Shown here one piece after another: positions 34,732 through 43,505 of a stretch of DNA of 49,904 nucleotides (the stretch's first letter is position 1; each line of letters opens with the position of its first letter). The stretch is from an uncultured Acidimicrobiaceae bacterium (GTDB lineage: Bacteria; Actinomycetota; Acidimicrobiia; Acidimicrobiales; Ilumatobacteraceae). Under the pieces are notes generated by a model that searched no databases, had not been told where the DNA came from, and saw nothing but the letters and a program-made list of their open reading frames with translations. The translations under genes were made by a program, and so were the position numbers. The stretch spans positions 1 to 49,904 of the forward strand of contig CBHWEI010000001.1 in NCBI GenBank assembly GCA_966112835.1, written 5' to 3'.

Positions 34732-35067
34732 ATGCCCACCTACGTCTACAAATTCGTCGAGACCGGAGAGACCATCGAGGTCCAGCAGGCCTTCACCGAC
34801 GACGCCCTCACCGAGGCCGTGCACCCGTCGACGGGTGCCACGATGCAGGTGAAGAAGGTGTTCACACCGGTCGGCGTCACCTTCAAGGGTGGCGGCTTCT
34901 ACAAGACGGACAACCGTGGCGGCTCCAGCAAGAGCAGCTCGTCGTCGACCACCAGCAGCGACAGCTCGGCCGGCACCGCCGCCACGAGCACCTCCAGCGA
35001 GTCGTCGAGCTCGCCCACGGCCGCCCCGGCTGCCCCCGCCGCCGCACCGGCGTCGCCCGCCACCTGA
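34732..35067 (+). CDS. FmdB/Ruc-like small protein with a Ser/Thr/Ala/Pro-rich disordered tail and no cysteines
   Basis: MPTYVYKFVETGETIEVQQAFTDDALTEAVHPSTGATMQVKKVFTPVGVTFKGGGFYKTDNRG matches the FmdB-family frame (MPTY.Y...QAFTDDAL...F.G.GFY). Non-Cys residues occupy both CxxC positions. The tail is a poly-S/T/A/P stretch. Confidence 0.65.
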   Translation: MPTYVYKFVETGETIEVQQAFTDDALTEAVHPSTGATMQVKKVFTPVGVTFKGGGFYKTDNRGGSSKSSSSSTTSSDSSAGTAATSTSSESSSSPTAAPAAPAAAPASPAT

Positions 35068-35172
35068 GGCACGCCATCTGACGCACGCGGGCCCGGACGC
35101 TGCCGCACCGGCCGCCGATAGGGTGCGCGCCACGACTTCCCCACGTCCGTCGAACGACCTCAGGAGGTCGCC

Positions 35173-35751
35173 GTGTGGTGGTTGTCGCGTGTTCGCCTGG
35201 TCCTTGCCCGGCGGCCCTGGTTGTACTGGCTGATCGCCGGCACGTTCGCCGCGCTCGCCGCGTTGCAGGTGTGGGCCGCGCACGACGATGCGCTTCGCTC
35301 CCGTGATTCCTGGGGCACCACCCGCCAGGTCTGGGTGGTGTCGGCCGACGTCGCCGCGGGCGGCGCCATCGTGGCCGAACGTCACGAGTACCCGGTGGCG
35401 GTGCTCGCCGGCGACGTGGTCGACGACCTGCCGACCGGCGCCATCGCCGCACGACCGCTCGCACGCGGCTCGGTGCTGACGGCCGACGCGATGGTGGGCG
35501 ACCAGGCCATCGCGCCCGACTGGGTGGTCGTCGCGCTGGCCGCCGAGCACGCACCCACCCTCGTCGACGGCGACGGGGTGACGCTGTTCGCCGGAGGCGT
35601 TCGCCTGTGCGACGGCAGAGTGGTCGGCGTCACCGAGGCGAGCGTCGAGGCCGGCGTCCCGCCCGAGTGCGCCGCCCAGGTGAGCACCCAACTGACTGCC
35701 ACCGACATCCTCCTCGCCCGCCACCCCTGGGCACCGTCACGCAGAACTTGA
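35173..35751 (+). CDS. SAF-domain membrane-anchored protein
   Basis: The GTG at 35173 follows CAGGAGG. N-terminal TM segment (WLYWLIAGTFAALAALQVW), then a SAF-like segment (AARPLARGSVLTADAMV). The stop codon lies inside repeat copy C1. Confidence 0.55.
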   Translation: MWWLSRVRLVLARRPWLYWLIAGTFAALAALQVWAAHDDALRSRDSWGTTRQVWVVSADVAAGGAIVAERHEYPVAVLAGDVVDDLPTGAIAARPLARGSVLTADAMVGDQAIAPDWVVVALAAEHAPTLVDGDGVTLFAGGVRLCDGRVVGVTEASVEAGVPPECAAQVSTQLTATDILLARHPWAPSRRT

Positions 35752-35796
35752 GTTCGGGCGGAGGTGACCCGTCACGCAGAACTCAAGTTCGGGCGA
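35736..35796 (+). repeat. Copies C1 and C2 of the ~26-nt intergenic repeat, in tandem with a 35-nt period
   Basis: C1 is GTCACGCAGAACTTGAGTTCGGGCGG (35736-35761). C2 is GTCACGCAGAACTCAAGTTCGGGCGA (35771-35796). Their cores are reverse complements of each other. Confidence 0.85.
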
Positions 35797-36826
35797 TGAG
35801 GGCTCGGTCGAGGTCGCGCCAGAGGTCGTCGACGTGCTCGATGCCGACGCTCATGCGGATGAGGCCGGGCGGCACATGGGCGTCGCCGGCGTACTTCTGA
35901 CGGCGCTCCATGCTGGTCTCGACACCGCCCAGGCTGGTGGCGGGGACGATCAGCCGCACCGCCGCACAGGCGGCATCGGCGGCCGCGGCACCACCGTGCA
36001 ACTCGAACGACACCATCGCCCCGTTGCCCGGGTAGCGAACACGTGACACCGCCGGGTGGGCGCTGAGCTGCTCGACGAGCACCGCGGCATTGGCCTGGGC
36101 GCGCTCCATGCGCAGCGGCAGGGTGCGCAGGCCGCGCAGGGCCAGGAATGCCTCGAGCGCGCCAGGGGTGCTGCCGTTCACCAGGCGGGCGTGGAACAGA
36201 CGCTCGTGCACCGCCGGATCGGCCGTCACGGTGAGGCCCATGAGCAGGTCGCTGTGCCCGCCGATGAACTTGGTGCCGCTGTGCATGACCACGGTGGCGC
36301 CGTCGGACAGCGGCTGCGCGCAGACGGGCGTGGCGAACGTGCTGTCGACCACCACTGCCGCGCCGGCGGCGCGGGCGGCGTCGCAGATGGCGCGGACGTC
36401 GGCGACCTCGAGGGTCGGGTTGGCCGGCGTCTCGATCCACACCACGTCGGCGCCGGGGATGGCAGCGATCACCTGCGCGGTGTCGGCGACGTCGACCGAC
36501 CGCACTTCCATGCGGGCCTGGTCGACCAGGTCGGTGACGAGTGACCGCACGCCCAGGTACGAGGCGCTGGGTAGCACGAGCACCTTCGGCGCCAGCGCGA
36601 ACAGGCACGCCGCAGCGGCGGCCATGCCCGACGCGTAGGCCAGCGCGGTGCCGCCCTCCATTGCGCCCACCGCTTCCTCCAGCGCGTGCCAGGTGGCAGT
36701 GCCGTGCGTGCGCGAGTAGTCGCCGGCTTCGCCGCGGAAGTTGCTGGCGAGCTCGATGGGGTGGTTCAACGGCTCGCCGACTCCGTGCGGGCGACCGGAC
36801 GAGACGGCGATGGTGGCGGGATGCAT
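35783..36826 (-). CDS. Cys/Met-metabolism PLP-dependent enzyme (cystathionine gamma-synthase/lyase family)
   Basis: ATG at 36826. The PLP-lysine region is HSGTKFIGGHSD. Also VWIETPANPT, and a C-terminal SLGGVETS...IRMSVGIE. Confidence 0.8.
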   Translation of the reverse strand: MHPATIAVSSGRPHGVGEPLNHPIELASNFRGEAGDYSRTHGTATWHALEEAVGAMEGGTALAYASGMAAAAACLFALAPKVLVLPSASYLGVRSLVTDLVDQARMEVRSVDVADTAQVIAAIPGADVVWIETPANPTLEVADVRAICDAARAAGAAVVVDSTFATPVCAQPLSDGATVVMHSGTKFIGGHSDLLMGLTVTADPAVHERLFHARLVNGSTPGALEAFLALRGLRTLPLRMERAQANAAVLVEQLSAHPAVSRVRYPGNGAMVSFELHGGAAAADAACAAVRLIVPATSLGGVETSMERRQKYAGDAHVPPGLIRMSVGIEHVDDLWRDLDRALIART

Positions 36827-36833
36827 CTCCACG

Positions 36834-37889
36834 TCAGCCTGCCGAGCGGACGTCGCCGTCGGCGAGCGTCGGGTCGATGGCCGGGCGCTCGACGCGCCCG
36901 CCGGCGTGACGGGCGAAGCGGGCGGCGTCGCCGCCGTGCACCGGATCGGGTCGGTCCCACGGCCAGCCACCGAAGCCGGTGGACTGGTAGTCGCGGAACG
37001 CCTGCTCGATCTCCTCGCGGGTGTTCATGACGAACGGCCCGTACTGGGCGACGGGCTCGCCGATGGGCCGCGCCTGCAGCACCAGCACCTCAGCACCGTC
37101 GGCGCCGGCATGCAACGGCGTGGCCACCGACGCCTCGACCACCACGCCCGTGTCGCGGCCGGCGTCGGTGTCGTCGACGCGTACGCCGCCCTCGAACACG
37201 TACAGCACACGCACCGTGTCGTCGCCCTCGGCACGGGGCAGGTCGATGACGGCGCCGGGCTGCATGGTGACGTGCCAGATGGCCACATCGGCCTCGGGAC
37301 GCGACGCCCACGAGGCCGGCGGCGGTGCGGGCGGCGTGAGATCGGCGTAGCGGCCGGCGATGACGGTGACGACGCTCGTGGCGCCGGCCGAGTCGACGTG
37401 CTCGTCGCGCGGGATGCGCTCGTCCCACAGCATGGTGAAGTGCGGCTCGACCATCTTGTCGGTGGCCGGCAGGTTCATCCAGATCTGGAACAACTCGACG
37501 GTGTTCTCGCCCTCGGCCGACAGCAGCGGGAACATCTCGCTGTGCACCACACCGCGACCTGCGGTCATCCACTGCACGTCGCCACGGCCGAAGCGGGCGG
37601 CAGCGCCCATGGAGTCACTGTGGTCGATGTAGCCACGGCGCGCGAAGGTGACCGTCTCGAAGCCACGGTGCGGGTGCTCGGGGAAGCCGGGCACGGTGCT
37701 GCCGTGGTACATGCGCCAGCCGTCCTTGGGCTCGAAGTCGTTGCCGATGTTGCGGCCGGCGAGCGTGCCCTGCGGACCGAACGCGGCGTTGCCCGCCGGG
37801 TAGAAGTCGAGGTGGTGGACGCAGAACAGGAAGGGATCGATGGTGGGCCACTGGAAGCCCAGCGGCACGGTCTGCAGGACGGTCGACAT
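36834..37889 (-). CDS. Pirin-family cupin protein
   Basis: Strings GFPEHPHRGFETVTF, DVQWMTAGRGVVHSE and GPFVMNTREEIEQAF. 351 aa. Confidence 0.85.
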   Translation of the reverse strand: MSTVLQTVPLGFQWPTIDPFLFCVHHLDFYPAGNAAFGPQGTLAGRNIGNDFEPKDGWRMYHGSTVPGFPEHPHRGFETVTFARRGYIDHSDSMGAAARFGRGDVQWMTAGRGVVHSEMFPLLSAEGENTVELFQIWMNLPATDKMVEPHFTMLWDERIPRDEHVDSAGATSVVTVIAGRYADLTPPAPPPASWASRPEADVAIWHVTMQPGAVIDLPRAEGDDTVRVLYVFEGGVRVDDTDAGRDTGVVVEASVATPLHAGADGAEVLVLQARPIGEPVAQYGPFVMNTREEIEQAFRDYQSTGFGGWPWDRPDPVHGGDAARFARHAGGRVERPAIDPTLADGDVRSAG

Positions 37890-37893
37890 CCCC

Positions 37894-38535
37894 TCAGCCT
37901 AGGTAGCGCAGCACGGCGAGGACGCGGCGGTGCTCGGATTCCGAGGGCGGCAGGTCGAGCTTGGCGAAGATCGACGAGATGTGCTTCTCGACGGCACCGG
38001 CGCTCACCACCAGCGTGTCGGCGATGGCGACGTTCGACAGGCCCTGCGCCATCAACCCCAACACCTCGCGCTCACGCGGGGTGAGCTGGTCGAGCGGCTC
38101 GCGCCGGCGGCTGCGCACCAGCAGCTGGCCCACCACCTCGGGGTCCAGCGCGGTGCCGCCCTGCGCCACGCGGACGGCGGCATCGATGAACTGGCGCACG
38201 TCGGCCACCCGCTCCTTCAGCAGGTAGCCCACGCCGGCGTTGCCCATCGCCAGCAGCTCGGTGGCATACCGCTCCTCCACGTACTGCGACAGCACCAGCA
38301 CCGGCACCTCGGGCAGACGGGTGCGCAACGCCACCGCGGCACGCAGTCCCTCGTCGGTGTGTGTGGGCGGCATGCGCACGTCGAGCACCACCAGGTCGGG
38401 CCGGTGCACGTCGACCGCGGCGTCCAACCCCTGCGCATCGGGCAGCGCGGCCACCACCTGGTGCTCGTACTCGGCGAGCAGCCGGGTGATGCCTTCGCGC
38501 AGCAGCACCGAATCCTCGGCGATCACGATCCGCAC
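37894..38535 (-). CDS. NarL/LuxR-family response regulator
   Basis: Start is the GTG at 38535 (VRIVIAEDSVLLREG), which overlaps the kinase 3' end by 13 nt; alternative GTGA start at 38526. Receiver strings include VVLDVRMPP. LuxR HTH: LTPREREVLGLMAQGLSNVAIADTLVVSAGAVEKHISSIFAKL. Confidence 0.85.
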   Translation of the reverse strand: MRIVIAEDSVLLREGITRLLAEYEHQVVAALPDAQGLDAAVDVHRPDLVVLDVRMPPTHTDEGLRAAVALRTRLPEVPVLVLSQYVEERYATELLAMGNAGVGYLLKERVADVRQFIDAAVRVAQGGTALDPEVVGQLLVRSRRREPLDQLTPREREVLGLMAQGLSNVAIADTLVVSAGAVEKHISSIFAKLDLPPSESEHRRVLAVLRYLG

Positions 38536-39785
38536 GGCAGCTCCACGAGCAGCACCGTAGGGCCACCCACCGGGCTGGCGATGCGCAGCGTGCCGTCGAC
38601 CGACCGCACCCGGTCGCTCAGGCCGTGCAGGCCGCCACCGGCACCCGCCTGGGCGCCACCGCGGCCGTCGTCGTGCACCTCCACCGACAACGTGGCACCA
38701 CGGTCGACCATGCGCACCGACCCGGAGGTGGCACCGCTGTGCTTGGCCAGGTTGGTGAGTGCTTCGGCCACCACGAAATAGGCCGTCGACTCGACCGGAG
38801 GCGGCAGCCGGCGCGGCAGGTCGCTGTGCACGGCGACCGGCACCGGGCACCGGGCGGCCAGCGCCGACACTGCGGCGTCGAGCCCGCGGTCGGTGAGGAT
38901 GGCCGGGTGGATGCCGCGCACCAGTTCGCGCATCTCGACGATGGCCTGCTTCGCCTCGTCGTGCGCTCGGCTGACCAGCTCGTAAGCCTTCGGGTCGTCG
39001 GCGGGGTCCAGCTGGTCCTTCGCCATGCCCAGGTTCATGGCGACGCTGACCAACCGCTGCTGGGCGCCGTCGTGCAGGTCGCGCTCGATGCGGCGCAGTT
39101 CGTGCGCGGCCGACTCGGTGCCGGCCGCTCGGCTCTCCTCCAGTTCGACCACACGCTGCTGCAGCGCGGCGGCCTCGTCGGGGCCCAACAGTGCGCGGGC
39201 CATCGCTGCGTCCACCATGGCCAGGCCGTGGATCATCCGCGGCAGCAACGCCACCATCAGTCCGCCGACCAGGCCGGTGCCCAGCACCAGGCCCGCCAAC
39301 GCCCACCCGGTGGGATGGAACGAGTCGCTGTCGTTCGGCAGCCACCAGCCGAACAGCGGGAACGCCGCCATCGACCACGCCACCGTCCACAGCGTGACCG
39401 TCGCGGTGAACGTGACGACGCCCCACGGCAGCATCACCAGGCCGTGGGCCAGACCCTTCCAGCCGGGTCCGTCACCGAAGCGGCGGATGGTGCGCTGCCA
39501 CAGCGAGTCGACGGGCGGCATGGCCGGCCAGGCCGGGATGTCGACGTCGAGCAGCGCGCGGACCCTGGCTCGTTCGGCGACGGCGATGATGCGCCCGCTG
39601 CCGATGGCGATGGCCAGCAGCGGCAGGCCGACGAGGGTGACGGCCAGGCCCGCACCGAGGCTGATCATCGTGACCACCCAGGTGAACCCGACGATGCCGA
39701 CGAACAGGTCGACCAACAGGTGGGCCGACTCCTTCCACACCCGGGCGTGGACGTAGGGCGAGAACGCACGACGCACCAGCTTCAC
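38523..39785 (-). CDS. Membrane sensor histidine kinase (actinobacterial multi-TM sensor + HisKA_3)
   Basis: The GTG at 39785 overlaps the mmpL stop (GTGA). It has 4-5 TM segments, the H-box IERDLHDGAQQRLV and an HATPase tail (VHDDGRGG, GLHGLSDRV). Confidence 0.8.
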   Translation of the reverse strand: MKLVRRAFSPYVHARVWKESAHLLVDLFVGIVGFTWVVTMISLGAGLAVTLVGLPLLAIAIGSGRIIAVAERARVRALLDVDIPAWPAMPPVDSLWQRTIRRFGDGPGWKGLAHGLVMLPWGVVTFTATVTLWTVAWSMAAFPLFGWWLPNDSDSFHPTGWALAGLVLGTGLVGGLMVALLPRMIHGLAMVDAAMARALLGPDEAAALQQRVVELEESRAAGTESAAHELRRIERDLHDGAQQRLVSVAMNLGMAKDQLDPADDPKAYELVSRAHDEAKQAIVEMRELVRGIHPAILTDRGLDAAVSALAARCPVPVAVHSDLPRRLPPPVESTAYFVVAEALTNLAKHSGATSGSVRMVDRGATLSVEVHDDGRGGAQAGAGGGLHGLSDRVRSVDGTLRIASPVGGPTVLLVELPCGS

Positions 39786-41848
39786 GACGCCACCTCCGCC
39801 CGTCGACGCGTGGCGAAAGGGCGCGGCCACCACCAGTTCCGTTCGCCGAGCAACTCCATGGTCGCCGGCACCAGCAGCATGCGCACCACGGTGGCGTCGA
39901 GGAACACGGCCACCGCCAGGCCCAGGCCGATCAGCTTGATCGCCCGCAGGTCGCCCATCACGAAGCTGCCGAACACGCACACCATGATGGCAGCGGCGGC
40001 GGTGATGACCCGCGCCGTCGACGCCAGGCCTTCCACCACGGCACGCCCGTTGGGTTCGCCGGCGTCGATGCGCTCCTTCATGGACGACAGCAGGAACACC
40101 TCGTAGTCCATCGACAGGCCGAACACGATGGCGAACAGCATCATCGGCGCCCACGGCTCGATGGGCGCTCCCTGCTCGACGCCCACCAGGCCGCCCAGCC
40201 AGCCCCATTGGAACACGGCGACGAGCACGCCATAGGCGGCGCCGATGGACAGCAGGTTCAGCACCACCGCCTTCAGCGCGACCAGCACCGAGCGGAACAC
40301 GAACATGAGCAGCAGGAAGCTGAGCAGCAGCACGGCACCGATGAACACCGGCAACCGTGACGACATGAGGTCGGCGAAGTCGACGTCGGACGCGGTCTGC
40401 CCACCCACGTGGGCCGGCAGGCCGGCGGCGCGGATGTCGGCCCGCACCCGGTGCACCAGATCGGCCGTCGCGGCCTCCTGCGGGCCGGTGGTCGGGATGA
40501 CCGTCACCAGCGCAGTTGCACCGTCGGGCGACTGCTGCACGCCCACCACCTGGGCCACACCCGGCAGCGTGCTCAGCGACTCGGCGACTGCCTCGGCCGA
40601 GCCGGGGCGGGCGGCCTCGTCGACCACCACCAGCAAGGGGCCGTTCGAACCGACGCCGAAGCCTTCCGCCAAGCGATCGTGCGCCACCCGCGTGGTGCTG
40701 CCCTGTGGGTCGCTGCCCGCGTCGGCCGAGGCGAGGCGCATGGCGAACGCCGGCACCGCCAGCGCACCGAGCAGCACGACACCGCCGATGGCGCCCGCAC
40801 CCGCGTGGCGTTGCACGAAGCGGCTCCAGCGGTGCCACCCGTTCTCGCCCACTCGCTGGGCCCGGCGGTGCACCGAGAACCGGTCCAGGTGGCGGCCCAC
40901 GACGCCCAGCAGCGCGGGCAGCAGGGTGACGGCTGCGAGCACGGCGACGAGCACCGCGGTGGCCGACCCGAAGGCCAACCCGTTCAGGAACGACATGCCC
41001 ATCAGCAGCATGCCCAGCAGCGAGATCATCACCGTCACGCCGGCGAACACCACTGCGTGCCCGGCGGTTGCCAGGGCTTCACCGGCAGCGGCTGCGACGT
41101 CGTCGTGATCGCGCAGCGCGTCGCGGTAGCGGGTGACGATGAAGAGCGAGTAGTCGATGCCCACGCCGAGGCCGATCATCGACGCCACCTGCACGGTGAA
41201 CGACGGCGTCTGCACCACGGCGGCCCACAGCTGCACGCCGGCCAGACCGACCACGAGCCCGGCCACTGCGGTCACGAGCGGCAGCCCCATGGCCACCACC
41301 GAACCGAAGGCCAGCAGCAGGATGACCGCCGCCGCCAACAGGCCGACCGCCTCTGAGCCCGGCACGCCACCCTCCTGGAAGCGCCATCCGGCGGCGGCCA
41401 CGTGTGTGGGCCCCTTGTTGAACTCGTCCATCTCGGCCGCCAACCGCTGCACCACGACCTCGTCGTCATGACGGATCGAGATGCCGACGGCACCGATGGT
41501 GCCGTCGGGCGAGGTCTGCAGCGACGCCGGGTCCGGCGCCTGCACCACGCCGTCGGTGGCGCGCACGCGCTGCAGGAACGCGTCGATGCGCGGTGCAGCT
41601 GCTGTCATGCCCGCCGCATCCTCGAACACCAACTGGGCGGCGTCGCCGGCGATGTTCGGGTCGTCGGGCGCGCCGGCCGCGAGCAGTTCGTAGGCGCGGT
41701 CGCTGTCGGTGCCGGGCAGCCGGCCGTTCTGGCCGTACTCCCCGCCGAAGCTGCCGGCCGCGACCGTGGCCGCGATCACGAAGAGGAGCCATCCGGCCAG
41801 CACCAGTCGGCGGTGGCGGACGCATGTGTGAGCAAGTCGTCTGAGCAT
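39782..41848 (-). CDS. MMPL-family (RND superfamily) membrane transporter
   Basis: Start is the ATG at 41848 (MLRRLAHTCVRHRRLVL). About 688 aa with two repeated halves, each having a TM bundle plus an extracytoplasmic loop. Typical strings include GIDYSLFIVTRY and GLSMDYEVFLLS. Confidence 0.85.
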   Translation of the reverse strand: MLRRLAHTCVRHRRLVLAGWLLFVIAATVAAGSFGGEYGQNGRLPGTDSDRAYELLAAGAPDDPNIAGDAAQLVFEDAAGMTAAAPRIDAFLQRVRATDGVVQAPDPASLQTSPDGTIGAVGISIRHDDEVVVQRLAAEMDEFNKGPTHVAAAGWRFQEGGVPGSEAVGLLAAAVILLLAFGSVVAMGLPLVTAVAGLVVGLAGVQLWAAVVQTPSFTVQVASMIGLGVGIDYSLFIVTRYRDALRDHDDVAAAAGEALATAGHAVVFAGVTVMISLLGMLLMGMSFLNGLAFGSATAVLVAVLAAVTLLPALLGVVGRHLDRFSVHRRAQRVGENGWHRWSRFVQRHAGAGAIGGVVLLGALAVPAFAMRLASADAGSDPQGSTTRVAHDRLAEGFGVGSNGPLLVVVDEAARPGSAEAVAESLSTLPGVAQVVGVQQSPDGATALVTVIPTTGPQEAATADLVHRVRADIRAAGLPAHVGGQTASDVDFADLMSSRLPVFIGAVLLLSFLLLMFVFRSVLVALKAVVLNLLSIGAAYGVLVAVFQWGWLGGLVGVEQGAPIEPWAPMMLFAIVFGLSMDYEVFLLSSMKERIDAGEPNGRAVVEGLASTARVITAAAAIMVCVFGSFVMGDLRAIKLIGLGLAVAVFLDATVVRMLLVPATMELLGERNWWWPRPFATRRRAEVAS

Positions 41849-41932
41849 GCCCCCATCGTGAAGATCACCGTCCGACCGAACCATCCGGCGACCCGGCGTC
41901 GCGAAGGTGGGGCTACCCCCACCCCCGGGGCG

Positions 41933-42763
41933 TCAGCGGACACCGGTGAGCATGAGGATCCACACCAGCACGGCCACCGCGATGCGGTAGATCACGAACG
42001 GGGTGAACGAGCGCGTGCGCACCAGGCGCAACGTGCCCCACACGGCCAGCCAGCCCGAGATGGCCGCTGTGATGATGCCCACCACCATGGGGATGAGCAG
42101 ACCGTCGGGGATGCCGTCCTTGGCCAGCTTCAGCATCTTGAACGCCACGGCACCGGCGGTGACCGGGATGGCCATCAGGAAGCTCGCCCGGGCTGCGGAG
42201 TCGCGGTCGAAGCCCAGGAAGCGGGCCGCGGTGATGGTGATGCCGCTGCGCGACGTGCCGGGGTTCAGCGCCAGCACCTGCGCGGCGCCCACCTTCACGG
42301 CGTCGCCGGTGGTGTAGGTCTCGAGCGCACGCTTGCCCTCGCGACGGTCGGCCCACCACAGCAGCAGCGCGAAGAACAGCATCGAGGCGGCGATGAGCCC
42401 CGGCGTGCCGAGCTTGTCGTCGATGGTCTTCTCGGCGACGGCGCCCACCGCGGCGGCCGGGATGGCGGACAGCACCAACAACCACGCCAGCCGGCCTTCG
42501 GCGTTCACCGGCTTCTCGCGCTTCACCACCAGGCGCAGGCCCTCGCGCACGTACACGACCAGGTCCTTGCGGAAGTAGCCGACGACGGCGATGAGCGTGC
42601 CCAGGTGCAGCGCCACATCGAACGCCTTCTCGATGGACTTGTCGTCGAAGTCGTGCCAGTTGAAGATCCACGGCACCAACAGCAGGTGACCGCTCGACGA
42701 GATGGGCAGGAACTCGGACAGGCCCTGCACGAGGCCGAGCACGATGGCATGGAGGATGGGCAC
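41933..42763 (-). CDS. uppP: Undecaprenyl-diphosphate phosphatase
   Basis: ILHAIVLGLVQGLSEFLPISSSGHLLL, and polytopic throughout. I prefer the GTG at 42763, which gives ~276 aa and does not overlap the upstream gene. The ATG at 42832 would overlap the PHP gene by 58 nt. Confidence 0.85.
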   Translation of the reverse strand: MPILHAIVLGLVQGLSEFLPISSSGHLLLVPWIFNWHDFDDKSIEKAFDVALHLGTLIAVVGYFRKDLVVYVREGLRLVVKREKPVNAEGRLAWLLVLSAIPAAAVGAVAEKTIDDKLGTPGLIAASMLFFALLLWWADRREGKRALETYTTGDAVKVGAAQVLALNPGTSRSGITITAARFLGFDRDSAARASFLMAIPVTAGAVAFKMLKLAKDGIPDGLLIPMVVGIITAAISGWLAVWGTLRLVRTRSFTPFVIYRIAVAVLVWILMLTGVR

Positions 42764-42774
42764 GGTGGTCAGTT

Positions 42775-43488
42775 CTACTCGGTGGACACGCTGGGCACGA
42801 TGCGCGGTGTCCAGGGCCGGTGCTCGTCCCAATGATGTCCCACCACTCGACCGAGCGGCAGCTTCGCCAGGAAGTCGGCCGGCCCGTCGAAGTCGGGCAT
42901 CTCCACGTACGCGCTGCCCAGCGCGTCAGGCACGTGGGCGTCGCTGCCCGCACCGGCCGGCAGCCCGAACTCGTCGGCGAAGTGCGCGGCGCGCTCGTTC
43001 AGGCTGCGCAACGAGGTCTTGGCGTTGATGGCCTCGACGGCGTCGACCAGCCCGGCGCGGGCCAGGTCGTACAGCGCGGCCTCGGTGATGTTGCGGCGCA
43101 TCGGGTCGAACGGGTGCGGGATGTAGACGATGCCGCCCTGGCCGCGGATGGCCTGCGCGGCCTCTGCCGGCGGCGTGCCCATGGGGATGCGCTCGACGAG
43201 GAACAGGCCGATGATCTCGCCGTGTTGGGTGCGCATCTCCTCGCCGACGATCACCCGGCACGGCAGCCGCGACGCCAGTTCGTTGGCGCCGCGTATGGCG
43301 TTGTGGTCGGTGATGCACAGCACGTCGAGGCCGCTCGCCACCACCGCCTCCTCCACCTCGTCCGGGGTGGTGGTGCTGTCGCCGCTCCACATGGTGTGGG
43401 TGTGCAGGTCGACGCGCACCCAGCCCGCGGGCAGCGGCTCGGCCAGGTGGGGGTGACGCTGCACGGCAGCGGATGACGGCGTCGGCAC
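42775..43488 (-). CDS. PHP-domain metal-dependent phosphoesterase
   Basis: Strings VDLHTHTMWSGDS, CITDHNAIRG, YIPHPFDP and GSDAH. Start is the GTG at 43488 (alternative 43464). The rest of the 598-aa ORF runs through tldE in another frame and was rejected. Confidence 0.7.
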   Translation of the reverse strand: MPTPSSAAVQRHPHLAEPLPAGWVRVDLHTHTMWSGDSTTTPDEVEEAVVASGLDVLCITDHNAIRGANELASRLPCRVIVGEEMRTQHGEIIGLFLVERIPMGTPPAEAAQAIRGQGGIVYIPHPFDPMRRNITEAALYDLARAGLVDAVEAINAKTSLRSLNERAAHFADEFGLPAGAGSDAHVPDALGSAYVEMPDFDGPADFLAKLPLGRVVGHHWDEHRPWTPRIVPSVSTE

Positions 43489-43505
43489 GCGGACGACCTG
43501 AGTGT

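Noticed and set aside
42764-42832. Longer uppP N-terminus starting at the ATG at 42832.
   Set aside because: It would add 23 non-conserved residues (MGRAPALDTAHRAQ...) and overlap the PHP gene 3' end by 58 nt. The GTG at 42763 gives the canonical UppP N-terminus (ILHAIVLGLVQGLSEFLPISSSGH) and a typical length.
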